DNA of 64,000 bases from an uncultured Candidatus Saccharibacteria bacterium (lineage in GTDB: Bacteria > Patescibacteriota > Minisyncoccia > Phycocordibacterales > Zambryskibacteraceae). Shown one piece after another: positions 28,816 to 39,196 of the stretch; position 1 is the first letter of the stretch; the number at the start of each line of letters is the position of its first letter. The translations under genes were made by a program, and so were the position numbers. The stretch is taken from NCBI GenBank assembly GCA_964582295.1, contig CAZOQP010000001.1, positions 9,588 through 73,587 of the forward strand, written 5' to 3'. The notes under the pieces were generated by a model. It saw nothing but the letters and a program-made list of their open reading frames with translations, was not told where the DNA came from and did no database searches.

Positions 28816-30833
28816 GCCTGATGCTCTATATCTTTTTTCTTTTTCAAAGGGATACCGTGAGCCACAAGCATTTTTTCAAATTCCTCCCTTTCAATGGTTT
28901 CTTCATCCATTAATCGCTTTGCTACAGCGGCAAGGAGCTTGCTGTGTTTTTTGAGGACTTTTTCCGCCTGCTTCAGGGCATCTCTCATTATTGCGTCCAC
29001 TTCGGAATCAACAAGAGAAGCAACTCTTTCAGAATATTCCTCTTCCACACCGCGGCCCAAAAGCATTTTGCTCGGCTCAAGCGCCTGCGCACCGACTTTT
29101 TCAGACATTCCGTATTTAGTGACCATGTCGCGTGCGATAGCCGACGACACCTGAAGATCGTTCGATGGGCCGGTGGTAATATCGCCGAATATCATTTTCT
29201 CCGCCACGTATCCGCCAAGGCCCGTCGCGATGTCATCCAAAAATTCCCGGCGAGACTGAAGCCTCCTGTCTTCAAGCGGAAGCTTCAGTGTGTAGCCGCC
29301 TGCATGGCCGCGCGCGATTATGGATATCTTATGTACTGGATCGGCATACAAGAGAACAGATGAAACAATAGCGTGCCCCGCTTCGTGATAAGCGGTTATC
29401 TCTTTTTCTTTTTTGGAAAGAAGATGGCTCTTGCGTTCTGGCCCAAGCATCACTTTTTCAATTGAGCGAATGAGATCGTACTGGGAAACTTTGGAGCGGT
29501 CTTCACGCGCCGCAAGAATAGCGGCTTCGTTCATAAGAGAGTAAAGATCAGCGCCTGAAAATCCGGGGGTGCGCTCTGCCACCACTCCCAAATTCACATC
29601 TTCCGCGAAAGGCTTGGTGCGGGAATGTATTTTTAAAATGTCTTCGCGGTCATGCCTGTCCGGCAGATCAATGATGACGCGCCTGTCGAAGCGGCCTGGG
29701 CGGAGAAGTGCAGGGTCAAGAACATCGGGCCTATTGGTAGCCGCCATGACTATCACTTTCTCATTCGGCTCAAAGCCGTCCATTTCAACCAGGATCTGAT
29801 TCAGGGTCTGCTCGCGCTCGTCGTTGCCACCTCCGAGCCCCTGCCCCCTTGCGCGCCCCACCGCATCTATTTCATCTACGAAAACAATAGCCGGCGCCGC
29901 GCGCTTGGCCATCTGGAAAAGGTCACGCACGCGAGAAGCACCAACACCCACGAACATCTCCACAAATTCAGAACCGGATATGGAAAAGAAGGCCACATTG
30001 GCTTCCCCAGCCACGGCGCGGGCCAAAAGAGTTTTACCTGTGCCGGGCGCACCCATCAATATCACACCTTTGGGAATTTGCGCGCCGATATCCAGGAATT
30101 TTTTAGGATGGCGCAGGAAATCCACGATCTCCGAAAGCTCCTGCTTGGCTTCCTTAGCTCCCGCCACGTCCTTGAAAAGCACACGTTGCTTGGTGTCGTT
30201 GGGCGCGATTATTTTGGGCTTTGACTGACCGAAAGTGAATGCCTGCATACCACCCGCTTTTGCCTGTCGAGACAAGTACCAAAAAAAGAAAACTATGAAA
30301 ATGATAGGCAATGCAATAGGCAAAATATTCGCGAACCAAAACCAAAAGCCAGACTCCCCTTTTATTTCGAGTTCAACCGCCAAAAGTTTTTCTTTTGAGA
30401 CGCCGTAATCCGCAAGGGTTTCAAGAAGCGCTGCGCTCGGCTCCTTGGTGGTCACTTTTGATGTGCCATCTGCGAATTGCGCCGTTACTTCATTGCCTTT
30501 AACTGAAACAGAAATGACATTTCCGGTTTCTATCTCGCGCGCAAGCTCGGAGAGCGAAATTTTTTGGAGAGTGGCCGAAGATGAAAAAACTCCGGAGATG
30601 GCCATGAGCAAAAGGAAGATGACGACGATGGAAAGTACGTTCGCCCAGAAGCCCCCCTTTGGAATTTTGAAATTCTTTTTTATATTTTTCGGAAAATCCT
30701 TTCGCACCATCAGGCGTATTTTTTTTCTGGAGCCTGGAGGCATCTTGGACGGACTGTTTTCACCGTCCCTGTCATTAATCTTCTCGTTGTCGGCTGGCGC
30801 ACCTTTCTGTTTTTCTTTTTTGTTCGGAGGCAT
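28812..30833 (-). CDS. ftsH: ATP-dependent zinc metalloprotease FtsH
   Basis: Two TM helices, [29 protein letters not shown]; start could alternatively be 30854. Confidence 0.96.
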   Translation of the reverse strand: MPPNKKEKQKGAPADNEKINDRDGENSPSKMPPGSRKKIRLMVRKDFPKNIKKNFKIPKGGFWANVLSIVVIFLLLMAISGVFSSSATLQKISLSELAREIETGNVISVSVKGNEVTAQFADGTSKVTTKEPSAALLETLADYGVSKEKLLAVELEIKGESGFWFWFANILPIALPIIFIVFFFWYLSRQAKAGGMQAFTFGQSKPKIIAPNDTKQRVLFKDVAGAKEAKQELSEIVDFLRHPKKFLDIGAQIPKGVILMGAPGTGKTLLARAVAGEANVAFFSISGSEFVEMFVGVGASRVRDLFQMAKRAAPAIVFVDEIDAVGRARGQGLGGGNDEREQTLNQILVEMDGFEPNEKVIVMAATNRPDVLDPALLRPGRFDRRVIIDLPDRHDREDILKIHSRTKPFAEDVNLGVVAERTPGFSGADLYSLMNEAAILAAREDRSKVSQYDLIRSIEKVMLGPERKSHLLSKKEKEITAYHEAGHAIVSSVLLYADPVHKISIIARGHAGGYTLKLPLEDRRLQSRREFLDDIATGLGGYVAEKMIFGDITTGPSNDLQVSSAIARDMVTKYGMSEKVGAQALEPSKMLLGRGVEEEYSERVASLVDSEVDAIMRDALKQAEKVLKKHSKLLAAVAKRLMDEETIEREEFEKMLVAHGIPLKKKKDIEHQA

Positions 30834-30854
30834 AGGTATTGATACTATACCCAT

Positions 30855-31328
30855 ATGACGAAAAAAAGCACGAACTCAAACAGCCATGCAAAACCTTACG
30901 CGGAAAACCGCAAGGCGTATTTCAATTACGAAATTCTGGAGGAAATAGAAGCCGGCTTAAAGCTCCTGGGATTTGAGGCAAAGGCGGTGAGGGCGGGCAA
31001 AATATCCCTGGCGGGTTCCTATGCGGCCGTGCGCGGCGGAGAGCTCTTTCTGGTAAATGCCCGTATAGAGCCCTATCAGCCCAAAAACACCCCTCCTGAA
31101 TACGAGCCACTGCGCTCCCGTGTCCTACTCGTCTCCAAAAAAGAAGCCACCCGGCTGGCCGGTTTTGAGGCCGCCCAGGGCTTGACATTGATACCCCTCT
31201 TGGTGTATAATAAAGGAAGCGTTATCAAGCTCCGGCTAGGTGTCGCCCGTGGAAAGAAAAAGGGCGACAAGCGTCAGACAATAAAGAAGCGCGAGGCCGA
31301 ACGCGAGATGCGCAGAACATTGAAATAA
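30855..31328 (+). CDS. smpB: SsrA-binding protein
   Basis: ENRKAYFNY, EAGLKL.G.E.K, ARGKKKGDKR. Confidence 0.95.
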   Translation: MTKKSTNSNSHAKPYAENRKAYFNYEILEEIEAGLKLLGFEAKAVRAGKISLAGSYAAVRGGELFLVNARIEPYQPKNTPPEYEPLRSRVLLVSKKEATRLAGFEAAQGLTLIPLLVYNKGSVIKLRLGVARGKKKGDKRQTIKKREAEREMRRTLK

Positions 31329-31343
31329 GAACGGTTTTCATAC

Positions 31344-31725
31344 GGGGGTGAAAGGTATCGACAAGATGCCTTCTCCGAAAGATGCGGGAGAGAGTGGAAC
31401 CTCTTTAACTTCCAAAAACCTAACTGCAAAAAACGCGGTAGCACAAGTCTCTCCGTATTTTACGGAGAATGACTTCCAGTTCGCATTCGCTCGCGCTTAA
31501 TTGCGCGACCGTGCGACAGATTACTTCACGACGCCTCTGGTGGAGTAAGCTGGCTTTATGAGGCACCTCTTCTCTTCGTGGCCCATGAGGAGAAGAAAAA
31601 CAGGGCTTGGGTAATGAGCGCTTTGTCAGTTTGTGGCTCATTACCGACAATTCAAATTGACTATCTTTCGTAGATTCATTCGGAAAAACATCTTGCACGG
31701 GATTTCAATATCCCCACCTCCACCA
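31344..31725 (+). ncRNA. ssrA: tmRNA
   Basis: GGGGGTG...CACCTCC-A-CCA ends with a G3:U70 pair; follows smpB; tag frame 31426-31500 AKNAVAQVSPYFTENDFQFAFARA*. Confidence 0.92.
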
Positions 31726-32313
31726 TTAACTGCTCAGACCCTCAATAGCTTCAATAACTTGAGGCAGTTCTTTTGTATTGGATTCATCATTCAAATGTGC
31801 TCCTGATTCGAGGATGATGACTTTCGAACCCAGCTTTTCTTGATAAAACTCAGCATTCTTCACATCAACAAAAGGATCATCCTTGGTAAAAATAGCCACA
31901 GACTTATGGCAAATAGTTCTGACCTTTTGAAAATCGATTGGAGTTTCGAGCCATGGTAATGCCGCCTGCCTATCTTTCTCTTCATAATCATCAAGGCCTT
32001 TCAAGGTAAGCCACCCAGCTACATACACTATTCCTCCTATCCTCGTTTCCGGCGATAAAGTTTCTAAATATCTATCAATGCTCTGGCATCCAATGCTATG
32101 ACCAATGAAATAAGTATCCTCGTCGGGCTGGCCAACCACATCCTGAATGACATTCAGTCTTCCTTCAATTGTAGGTTGTTCTCTTCCATATGCGTCTGGC
32201 ATAGTCGGAATATAAACTTCAAAACCTCTTTGTTCCAATTCTTTTTTTGCCCAAGGGAACCATCCTTCATCTGGATTTCCTGCCCATCCGTGAATGATAA
32301 AAGCTTTTTTCAT
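31726..32313 (-). CDS. RBBP9/YdeN family alpha/beta hydrolase
   Basis: IIHGW, WFPW, GHSIG, DDPFV, GAHLN. Confidence 0.9.
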   Translation of the reverse strand: MKKAFIIHGWAGNPDEGWFPWAKKELEQRGFEVYIPTMPDAYGREQPTIEGRLNVIQDVVGQPDEDTYFIGHSIGCQSIDRYLETLSPETRIGGIVYVAGWLTLKGLDDYEEKDRQAALPWLETPIDFQKVRTICHKSVAIFTKDDPFVDVKNAEFYQEKLGSKVIILESGAHLNDESNTKELPQVIEAIEGLSS

Positions 32314-32374
32314 ATTTAGATACTAACATCAAATTTTTGAAGTATAATCAGTAAACAAGTTAACAAAATAAAAC

Positions 32375-32755
32375 ATGACAGCTATAGAAACAATTGCTCT
32401 GGTGCTAGTGATAGTGTCCGCACTCAAGATAATTTTTCTTCTTGTGCGCCCCAGTGCTTGGTTCAACACCGTCGGAAAATTATGGGCGAAGCCGGGAATC
32501 TTTACTGCGGTATCTTTAGTTTTGGGTGTAATAGTTTTGCGCTACCTTCTAGTTGAACTCACTATCGTGCAGGTATTCGCGGTCTTTGCGTTTACAGCCC
32601 TCTTCTACTGGGTTGCTCTCGCACCTTACAGACAGGAGCTTTACGATATGGCAAGAAGAAAGATGGAAAACGGAAGCATTATAAAAACAAACTGGCTCGC
32701 CACTATCATCTGGATAGTCTTGGCAGTCTGGGTTCTCAAAGAAATATTCGCTTAG
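32375..32755 (+). CDS. hypothetical membrane protein
   Basis: Four hydrophobic segments; TATAAT upstream. Confidence 0.75.
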   Translation: MTAIETIALVLVIVSALKIIFLLVRPSAWFNTVGKLWAKPGIFTAVSLVLGVIVLRYLLVELTIVQVFAVFAFTALFYWVALAPYRQELYDMARRKMENGSIIKTNWLATIIWIVLAVWVLKEIFA

Positions 32756-32764
32756 TCATTCACT

Positions 32765-32794
32765 AAAAACCCCACTGCATGCAGTGGGGTTTTT
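32765..32794. terminator. 30-bp perfect palindrome with A/T tails
   Basis: aaaaaccccactgcatgcagtggggttttt. Confidence 0.75.
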
Positions 32795-32873
32795 GCATTG
32801 CATTTCCTACTCCGCTGGGTAGGATGCATAGAGATAAAAAGCGTTTCAATCATCTGCCTTGGAGGTATTCATT

Positions 32874-33161
32874 ATGAACGCCCGCAAAGTTCTTGAAGTA
32901 CTTGTGCTATACCGCTTGAAGTTTATAGACCTCGAGGTAGGCAAGATAGACTATCCTCACGCAGAGTTTCTGCCACTTCAAGGATTGCGTAATCTTGCTC
33001 TGGCCCATTGTCATGGCATGATAAGCCAGATTGAGGATTTCGTAGCCACCGACCGCATGGAGAAAGTTTTCCGCTGGCTCGGATTTATCCAAGGAGTGCT
33101 CTGGGTATTACGTGTCTATACGCTCGAAGAACTGAAGAGTCATAACCGCCCTGCTGAATAA
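32874..33161 (+). CDS. small hypothetical protein
   Basis: GGAGGT RBS before ATG 32874; C-terminal KVFRWLGFIQGVLW...HNRP motif. Confidence 0.7.
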   Translation: MNARKVLEVLVLYRLKFIDLEVGKIDYPHAEFLPLQGLRNLALAHCHGMISQIEDFVATDRMEKVFRWLGFIQGVLWVLRVYTLEELKSHNRPAE

Positions 33162-33201
33162 GCAGGGCTTCACTTTCTCACGTACTTTCTGTCTAGAAAA
33201 C

Positions 33202-34323
33202 TTATTTAGTGCTCAAATAAACCTCGTCGAACCAGAAGTAGTCGTTCTGTTTTTTAGAATCGTTAACACCGCCCCATGTGGGGCTCAATTTATATTCTGC
33301 AATAGTCGCACCCGGTGGGAATTTAACATCTGAATAACTTCCCACAAGCACGCCATCAAGCCACCACTTTATAACGCCTTTAGTATTGTCTTCGGATATC
33401 TCTATCAGCCATTCAATGCGGTGCCAGTCGCCAAAACTTATGACACCTAAAGACATGTTCGGCTTAAGCCAACAGCGCTCATCCCCTCCGGCTGTTTTGA
33501 ATTGCAGACATACACGAAGCTCATAAGGGCCGCCTGGAGAGCCGTAGGTAGTGAGATAAATATCGCTGTTCTCGGAAAGAAAGATGAATTCCAGTTTGTT
33601 CACATTGCTTTCGTGTCCCTGCCAGCCGGCATTTGCCTTCCACCATGTGCCCATGAAAAGATTTTTCTTGCCGTCTACAGGATAAAAAGCTGTGGCCGGA
33701 GCGGAACCTCCCCCAAATCCTTGCGGATAAAGAACAGAAAAAACTTTAGAATCAGAGGCGGGAGCTGAGGGGTCGGAAGCACTCGTGCCATTGCCTTTGC
33801 TATTCCAAAGTATCCGCCAGCCATCAGAAATCGGAAGATTCTCGCCAGCAGGAATATTTGCACTAAATGTCTGAAGCGAGAGCAAAGAGTAGCCAGCCGG
33901 CTCGTTTGGCCAGGCGCTAGAAGGTTCAGGAGGTTTTGGGGGAATTACTGGCTCCGGCTCTGGTCCGGCCGGAGGCGTAGCCGAAGGTTCCGAGCTTGTC
34001 GAGGAATCAGATTCTGGTGTAGGAGCGGGCTCTGAAATTTTCGGCTGGATAACGGGTTGAGAGATAACCGTAGGTTGGATAACGGATTGAGAAACAACCT
34101 TAGGAACGGGCGAACTCGCAATTCCCACGCCGCTGTCTTTCTGTTCAACTGGTTTGGCTACTGGAGCAAGTTTTGTAACGATTTCCGGAATAACTTCTGG
34201 TTCCGGTAAAGAAGGGATAGGTTCTTCAGGGACGACTCGTGCAAACGCCGATAAAAGCGCCACGCTCATACTTATAGACACCAATGTGATGATAGAGAAC
34301 CTTGAAAACATCAAGGGCCACAT
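33202..34323 (-). CDS. exported polysaccharide-lyase/ConA-like protein with Pro-rich linker
   Basis: Signal/TM segment, PEP-rich linker, beta-sandwich-like motifs GDWHRIEW, IKWWLDG, SPTWGG, WFDEV. Confidence 0.6.
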   Translation of the reverse strand: MWPLMFSRFSIITLVSISMSVALLSAFARVVPEEPIPSLPEPEVIPEIVTKLAPVAKPVEQKDSGVGIASSPVPKVVSQSVIQPTVISQPVIQPKISEPAPTPESDSSTSSEPSATPPAGPEPEPVIPPKPPEPSSAWPNEPAGYSLLSLQTFSANIPAGENLPISDGWRILWNSKGNGTSASDPSAPASDSKVFSVLYPQGFGGGSAPATAFYPVDGKKNLFMGTWWKANAGWQGHESNVNKLEFIFLSENSDIYLTTYGSPGGPYELRVCLQFKTAGGDERCWLKPNMSLGVISFGDWHRIEWLIEISEDNTKGVIKWWLDGVLVGSYSDVKFPPGATIAEYKLSPTWGGVNDSKKQNDYFWFDEVYLSTK

Positions 34324-34358
34324 CCTACCACGGGGTGTTATCTTGACACTACCGAAAT

Positions 34359-35762
34359 TTATTTTGCTGATTTTTTAGCCAAACGGTATTCGCAAAAGGC
34401 CATGCCGGTTATAGCGCACAGGGCACCAAGGACGAAGCCGGCAAAGACATCGCTTGCATAGTGGACGCCCAGATAAACACGGCTTATGCCGATTAGAAAT
34501 ATGAGAACAGCAAAAATAATAGTGCTCCAGATCTTCACCTGCACATTCTTAACGGTGCGGATGATTATGTAAATGAGAAACCCATACAAGGCCATGGAAA
34601 GAGTGGCGTGGCCGCTCGGGAAAGAAAAAGATGTTTCTTCTACAAGCATCTGAAGCGGACGTGAACGCCCTACCAGCTGCTTGCCCAAAAGATTGAAAGC
34701 TTCAGCGAAAGCCAGAACCCCGGCAAAAGGAATGACAAGAGAAAGGTGTTTCCGCATGAAAAGATAAACGATGGCAACGGCGGCAACCGACGGCACCCAC
34801 ACTTCCCCGCCGAGATTCGTAATGAATATAAAAAATGAAGTCACTGCAGGATGGTGGAAACCGGCAGAGAAATTGAGTAGGCGCTCGTCAACGCCGGTGA
34901 CGGCCCCCAGCTTCAGCACTTTTTCGGTAACACCTGCCAAAATAAAGACCAGAGACAGGAATAACAGAATGAAAAATGTGAGAGGTAATCCGCTGAATGT
35001 ATGCCTTTTAAAACGGCCAGATACGAAAGATATTGTGCGGGGGTGGCTTGAAAACAAGCGGGATATATAAGTATTGGAGATAAATACATTTACCAAGGCA
35101 GCGCTTTTTGCATTCAGAAACCCTGTAAGCTTTTGTCGATGCTGTACTGCAACCATAAGGAGTATGATCGCCCCCACCAGAATAAGAAGCGCTACCCCTG
35201 CAAAAGGAGACCACTTTTCAATAGCTTCAAGAGATGTGCCGAAGAAATATCCGAGAGTGAGATGGAATGTAACCCATACAAAAGCACTTCCAACATTCCA
35301 AGCCTGGAAACGTCGCTTATCCATGTGGGAAATCCCCGCAATGAAAGGGATGATGGGGCGAAGAGGGCCAGTGAAGCGACCAAGAAGAATACTTTTGTCT
35401 CCGTAAGTTGAGAAGAATTTTTTGCCACGTTCAAGATTTTTCTCATTGAGCCACCTGCTGCCCGGCTTAAAGAAACGTGCGCTCTTGGTGCCGACAAAAT
35501 AACTCACACTGTCTCCTATGATGCCGCCCGCGGCCGCTGCCAAAACAAGAAGGCCGAAATTGTAGTAGCCGTGGGCGGCCAAAAACCCCGCAAAAATAAT
35601 TCCCACAGACCCCGGAATGAAGGAGCCAAAAATAATAAGGGATTCAACAAGAGCGATCAGGAATAAAGCTCCGTATCCCCATGCTCCAAGATGCGCAAGG
35701 GGCGCTGCCGTCGCAAAGATGAATTTAATGATAAGCGCCCCCAACTGTTCCATTACTTCCAA
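34359..35762 (-). CDS. DedA plus PAP2 phosphatase fusion
   Basis: ES...PG, GD.VSY..G, LGRF (DedA); K...GRSRP, SFPSGHA, SRVYLGVHY.SDV (PAP2). Confidence 0.92.
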   Translation of the reverse strand: MEVMEQLGALIIKFIFATAAPLAHLGAWGYGALFLIALVESLIIFGSFIPGSVGIIFAGFLAAHGYYNFGLLVLAAAAGGIIGDSVSYFVGTKSARFFKPGSRWLNEKNLERGKKFFSTYGDKSILLGRFTGPLRPIIPFIAGISHMDKRRFQAWNVGSAFVWVTFHLTLGYFFGTSLEAIEKWSPFAGVALLILVGAIILLMVAVQHRQKLTGFLNAKSAALVNVFISNTYISRLFSSHPRTISFVSGRFKRHTFSGLPLTFFILLFLSLVFILAGVTEKVLKLGAVTGVDERLLNFSAGFHHPAVTSFFIFITNLGGEVWVPSVAAVAIVYLFMRKHLSLVIPFAGVLAFAEAFNLLGKQLVGRSRPLQMLVEETSFSFPSGHATLSMALYGFLIYIIIRTVKNVQVKIWSTIIFAVLIFLIGISRVYLGVHYASDVFAGFVLGALCAITGMAFCEYRLAKKSAK

Positions 35763-35826
35763 TGTACGCCATCACAAGATTTATAACAATAAGAGATGTG
35801 CCGGCATTTGATACAATAGCTCTTAC

Positions 35827-36972
35827 GTGAAAACGGGCGAAAAACAAATGAGACGAACCCCCGCAGCAATATTGGCCGCCCTATTCTTCTGCGCTCTTAT
35901 TGGCCCTGCACCCCTTGCAGAGGCCCAGGAGCTTCACCAGGACCTGGTGAGCGTTTACCGAGGCACAGTGGTTGAGGTGGTATCAGAAACGACAGACCCC
36001 CTCCCCGGCACCGAGCTCATCACTACTGTTCAGGAATTGAAAATCCTCCTTAAAGAAGGCCCGCGAAAAGGCGAGATAGTTGATGTGGTCAACGATTACG
36101 CGGTTTTCAAAAAAGGCAGCCCTGTGTATGTGAATTATCTTAAAACTATTGACGGGCGCGAGATAATTTCCATCCGGGATGCCGACAGAACATTTCCCCT
36201 TTTATTATTCACGGCCCTTTTCTGTGCCGCAGTTATTTATTTCGGAGGAAAGCAGGGCTTAAGAGCGCTCATTGCCCTGATTGGCAGCATTCTTGCAATA
36301 ATTTTCATATTGGTGCCAGCGCTCCTTAAAGGCGTGCAGGTGGAAGTCATAACTTTCTTCATCGGCGCCGGCATCCTGGCCGCTGCCATCTTCATGACAC
36401 ACGGCCTCAAGCGCCTTTCGGTTGTCGCATACCTCGGCACTATTTTTTCTGTTTTCTTTACGATCATCCTTGCTCACATTGCCGTGGTAGCAACAACCCT
36501 TATGGGATTCGGTTCGGATACGAGTGTGTTCCTTAACATGGCAACATTTGGAACTATAGATGCGCGGGGTATTCTTTTAAGCGGAATTATAATCGGCGTA
36601 CTTGGAGTGCTTGACGACGTAGCTGTTACCCAGGCGGCAGTGGTGAACGAAATAAAAGCCCTTCATCCGACGCTTCCCCGCAAAGAGGTTTTCTTCCGTG
36701 CAATGAGAGTGGGGCGAGAACACGCGGGTGCACTAGTGAACACGCTTTCATTTGCCTACGCAGGTACGGCCCTTCCCCTTCTTCTTTTGTTTGCCACGGG
36801 AGATGCACCACTTCGCCTGATACTTTCCGGAGAAAATGTGGCAACTGAAATAATCCGCACACTGGTCGGCGGCATGGGTCTCATCCTCACGGTGCCTATC
36901 ACTACTTATCTTGCAGTGAAATATCTTTCAGGGAGTTCAAAAGAAGGCGCACATCACCACCATGCACACTGA
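35827..36972 (+). CDS. YibE/F family membrane protein
   Basis: IGVLGVLDDVAVTQ, VGREH...LVNTL..AYAG..LP, EIIRT. Confidence 0.9.
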   Translation: MKTGEKQMRRTPAAILAALFFCALIGPAPLAEAQELHQDLVSVYRGTVVEVVSETTDPLPGTELITTVQELKILLKEGPRKGEIVDVVNDYAVFKKGSPVYVNYLKTIDGREIISIRDADRTFPLLLFTALFCAAVIYFGGKQGLRALIALIGSILAIIFILVPALLKGVQVEVITFFIGAGILAAAIFMTHGLKRLSVVAYLGTIFSVFFTIILAHIAVVATTLMGFGSDTSVFLNMATFGTIDARGILLSGIIIGVLGVLDDVAVTQAAVVNEIKALHPTLPRKEVFFRAMRVGREHAGALVNTLSFAYAGTALPLLLLFATGDAPLRLILSGENVATEIIRTLVGGMGLILTVPITTYLAVKYLSGSSKEGAHHHHAH

Positions 36973-38044
36973 CTGGCAATTTTTTCTTAAATCGGACGAT
37001 GCATGGACTGCGATGAAAGACGCGTGCAGAGACGCGCAGAAAGAAATCCTGTGCGAGCAATACATATTGAGCAATGACGAGGCAGGCAAGGAATTCATAG
37101 AGATCCTCACGGAAAAGGCCAGGAGCGGCGTGGGTGTGCAAGTGATACTGGATATGGTGGGCTCGGCGCTTTACGGATTTTATTTTGACGAAACGCTCAT
37201 ATCAAAGATGCGTGATGCGGGCGTACAGCTTGTTTTTTGGAACCCGATAAAATTCTTTAGAGTGGACACGTTCTTCTCGTGGTTTTTCCGCGATCACAGG
37301 AAGCTTATGGTGGTTGACGGTTTACATGGCTTCGTGGGAGGCGTTGGCTTCCGTGCTGATATGCGCGAATGGAGGGACACGCATCTCAAGGTGGCGGGGC
37401 CAGTGGTAGAGGAAATGCGCCATGCATTTTTTGAAATGTGGGCGCTCGCGCATGAAAAGCGCTTCTTCCGCCGCTTGCACAAACGCAAATTCTTTTCACG
37501 GGGCTTCCAGTTTGTGACGAACTCGCCGTCCCTTCACAAAAGATTCCTTTACAACACCATCATTTACGAACTAGCAGCCGCCAAAGAGCGCGTACTTCTG
37601 ACCACTCCATATTTTATTCCAGACAGAAAAATGATGCGCCAGCTTCGTTTGGCCGCTCTCCGTGGAGCAAGGGTGGAAATACTGGTACCTAAAAAATCCA
37701 ATCACCCATGGGTGGACAGAGCCAGCCGTTCGGCATGGGGCAAACTTTTAAAAAGCGGAGCGCATATATATGCATATGAGGGCAATATGATACACGCCAA
37801 GTCGCTCGTGGTGGATGATGCTTTCGCGACGGTCGGCAGTTTCAATTTTGATTCACTTTCCTTCAATTTTAATTACGAGGCCAATGTAGTTTCCCACCAG
37901 CCGCTTTTCGTGGATCAGGTGGCGGCCTATTTTGAAGAAGACCGCTCAAAGGCCTCACACATCGCACTTCATGAATGGAAGAAAAGGTCTCTTAGGGAAA
38001 AAGTAGGAGAAATACTTATCGCTCCTTTCCGTCGGCTATTGTAA
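36962..38044 (+). CDS. cardiolipin synthase-like phospholipase D (ClsB type, no TM)
   Basis: Two HKD motifs (HRKLMVVD, HAKSLVVD), WRDTH, TPYFIP, GSFNFD. Confidence 0.88.
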   Translation: MHTDWQFFLKSDDAWTAMKDACRDAQKEILCEQYILSNDEAGKEFIEILTEKARSGVGVQVILDMVGSALYGFYFDETLISKMRDAGVQLVFWNPIKFFRVDTFFSWFFRDHRKLMVVDGLHGFVGGVGFRADMREWRDTHLKVAGPVVEEMRHAFFEMWALAHEKRFFRRLHKRKFFSRGFQFVTNSPSLHKRFLYNTIIYELAAAKERVLLTTPYFIPDRKMMRQLRLAALRGARVEILVPKKSNHPWVDRASRSAWGKLLKSGAHIYAYEGNMIHAKSLVVDDAFATVGSFNFDSLSFNFNYEANVVSHQPLFVDQVAAYFEEDRSKASHIALHEWKKRSLREKVGEILIAPFRRLL

Positions 38045-38087
38045 AGAGGAGAGCCTCATGTTATATAATGCATAAACAAATACGACC

Positions 38088-38612
38088 TTGAGCGAAAGAC
38101 TCCGCATTAATCATCAGATACAGGCGCCCAAACTCCGCGTCATTGGCCTCCAGGGGGAAAACTTCGGAGTACTTTCGCGTATGGATGCTTTGGCAAAAGC
38201 GGCAGAATTCGGCTCCGACCTCATAGAGATATCTCCCAACGCAGAGCCACCCATTGCAAAGGTGATGGATTACGGAAAATACCAGTATATGGAGGCAAAG
38301 AAGCACAAGAATGCCAAAGGTAAATCCCATATCACGGAAATGAAGACTGTCCAGATACGCCTCGGCACTGGAGAAAATGACCTTAGTTTGAAGGCCAAGA
38401 AAGTTTCCGAATGGATAAAGGAGGGGCACCGCGTGAAGATAGATCTTTTCCTGCCCGGCCGCGCTAAATATTTGGATGAGAAATTTTTGAGGGAAAGGAT
38501 AGAGCGCTTCCTTCTCCTAGTAACTGAAAGCTTCAATGTGACAGATACACCAAAGAAAAGCCCTAAGGGCATGACTGTGGTGGTGGAAAAGGCGGTCAAG
38601 AAAGCCGGATAG
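38088..38612 (+). CDS. infC: translation initiation factor IF-3
   Basis: RINHQI, DLIEISPNAEPPIAKVMDYGKY; TTG start with an in-frame stop just upstream. Confidence 0.93.
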   Translation: MSERLRINHQIQAPKLRVIGLQGENFGVLSRMDALAKAAEFGSDLIEISPNAEPPIAKVMDYGKYQYMEAKKHKNAKGKSHITEMKTVQIRLGTGENDLSLKAKKVSEWIKEGHRVKIDLFLPGRAKYLDEKFLRERIERFLLLVTESFNVTDTPKKSPKGMTVVVEKAVKKAG

Positions 38613-38645
38613 ACAATCGGCCCTAAATTCGTATAATGGCTGGCT

Positions 38646-38843
38646 ATGTCCATAAAGACCAATAAGTCTTACAGCAAGCGCATAAAAGCTACCCGCAGGG
38701 GCAAGCTTGTGGCACGCCGCCCGGGCCAGGATCACTTCAATGCCAAGGAGTCACGCCGGGGCCAGCTCAATAAAAAGAGGACCGCTTCTTTCACTATTTC
38801 AAACAAAGCCGCTAGCCGATTTTTGAGGAACATCAAGAAATAA
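38646..38843 (+). CDS. rpmI: 50S ribosomal protein L35
   Basis: KTNKSYSKR.K.T..GK; between infC and rplT. Confidence 0.9.
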   Translation: MSIKTNKSYSKRIKATRRGKLVARRPGQDHFNAKESRRGQLNKKRTASFTISNKAASRFLRNIKK

Positions 38844-38849
38844 ACCCCC

Positions 38850-39194
38850 ATGACAAGAGTTAAAAAAGGAGTAAATGCATTAAAGACCCGTCGAAAGATC
38901 CTCAAACAGGCCAAAGGATATCGTTTTGGCCGCTCCAAAAAAGAAAGAGCTGCCTACGAAGCCCTCCTTCATGCTGGCTCTTATGCTTTTGCTCACCGAC
39001 GCGACAAAAAGAATGATTTCAGACAACTATGGATCATTCGCCTTTCCGCAGCCCTTCGTCCTCACAATATTTCATATAGCGTGTTCATAAATAAACTCAA
39101 GAAAGGTGGGGTAACTTTAGACAGAAAGGTACTTTCACAAATTGCCGCTGAATCTCCTGAAACTTTTAATTCGATTGTAGAAAAAGTTAAATAA
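38850..39194 (+). CDS. rplT: 50S ribosomal protein L20
   Basis: MTRVKKG, AKGY, FRQLWIIR, LDRKVLS. Confidence 0.96.
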   Translation: MTRVKKGVNALKTRRKILKQAKGYRFGRSKKERAAYEALLHAGSYAFAHRRDKKNDFRQLWIIRLSAALRPHNISYSVFINKLKKGGVTLDRKVLSQIAAESPETFNSIVEKVK

Positions 39195-39196
39195 AA

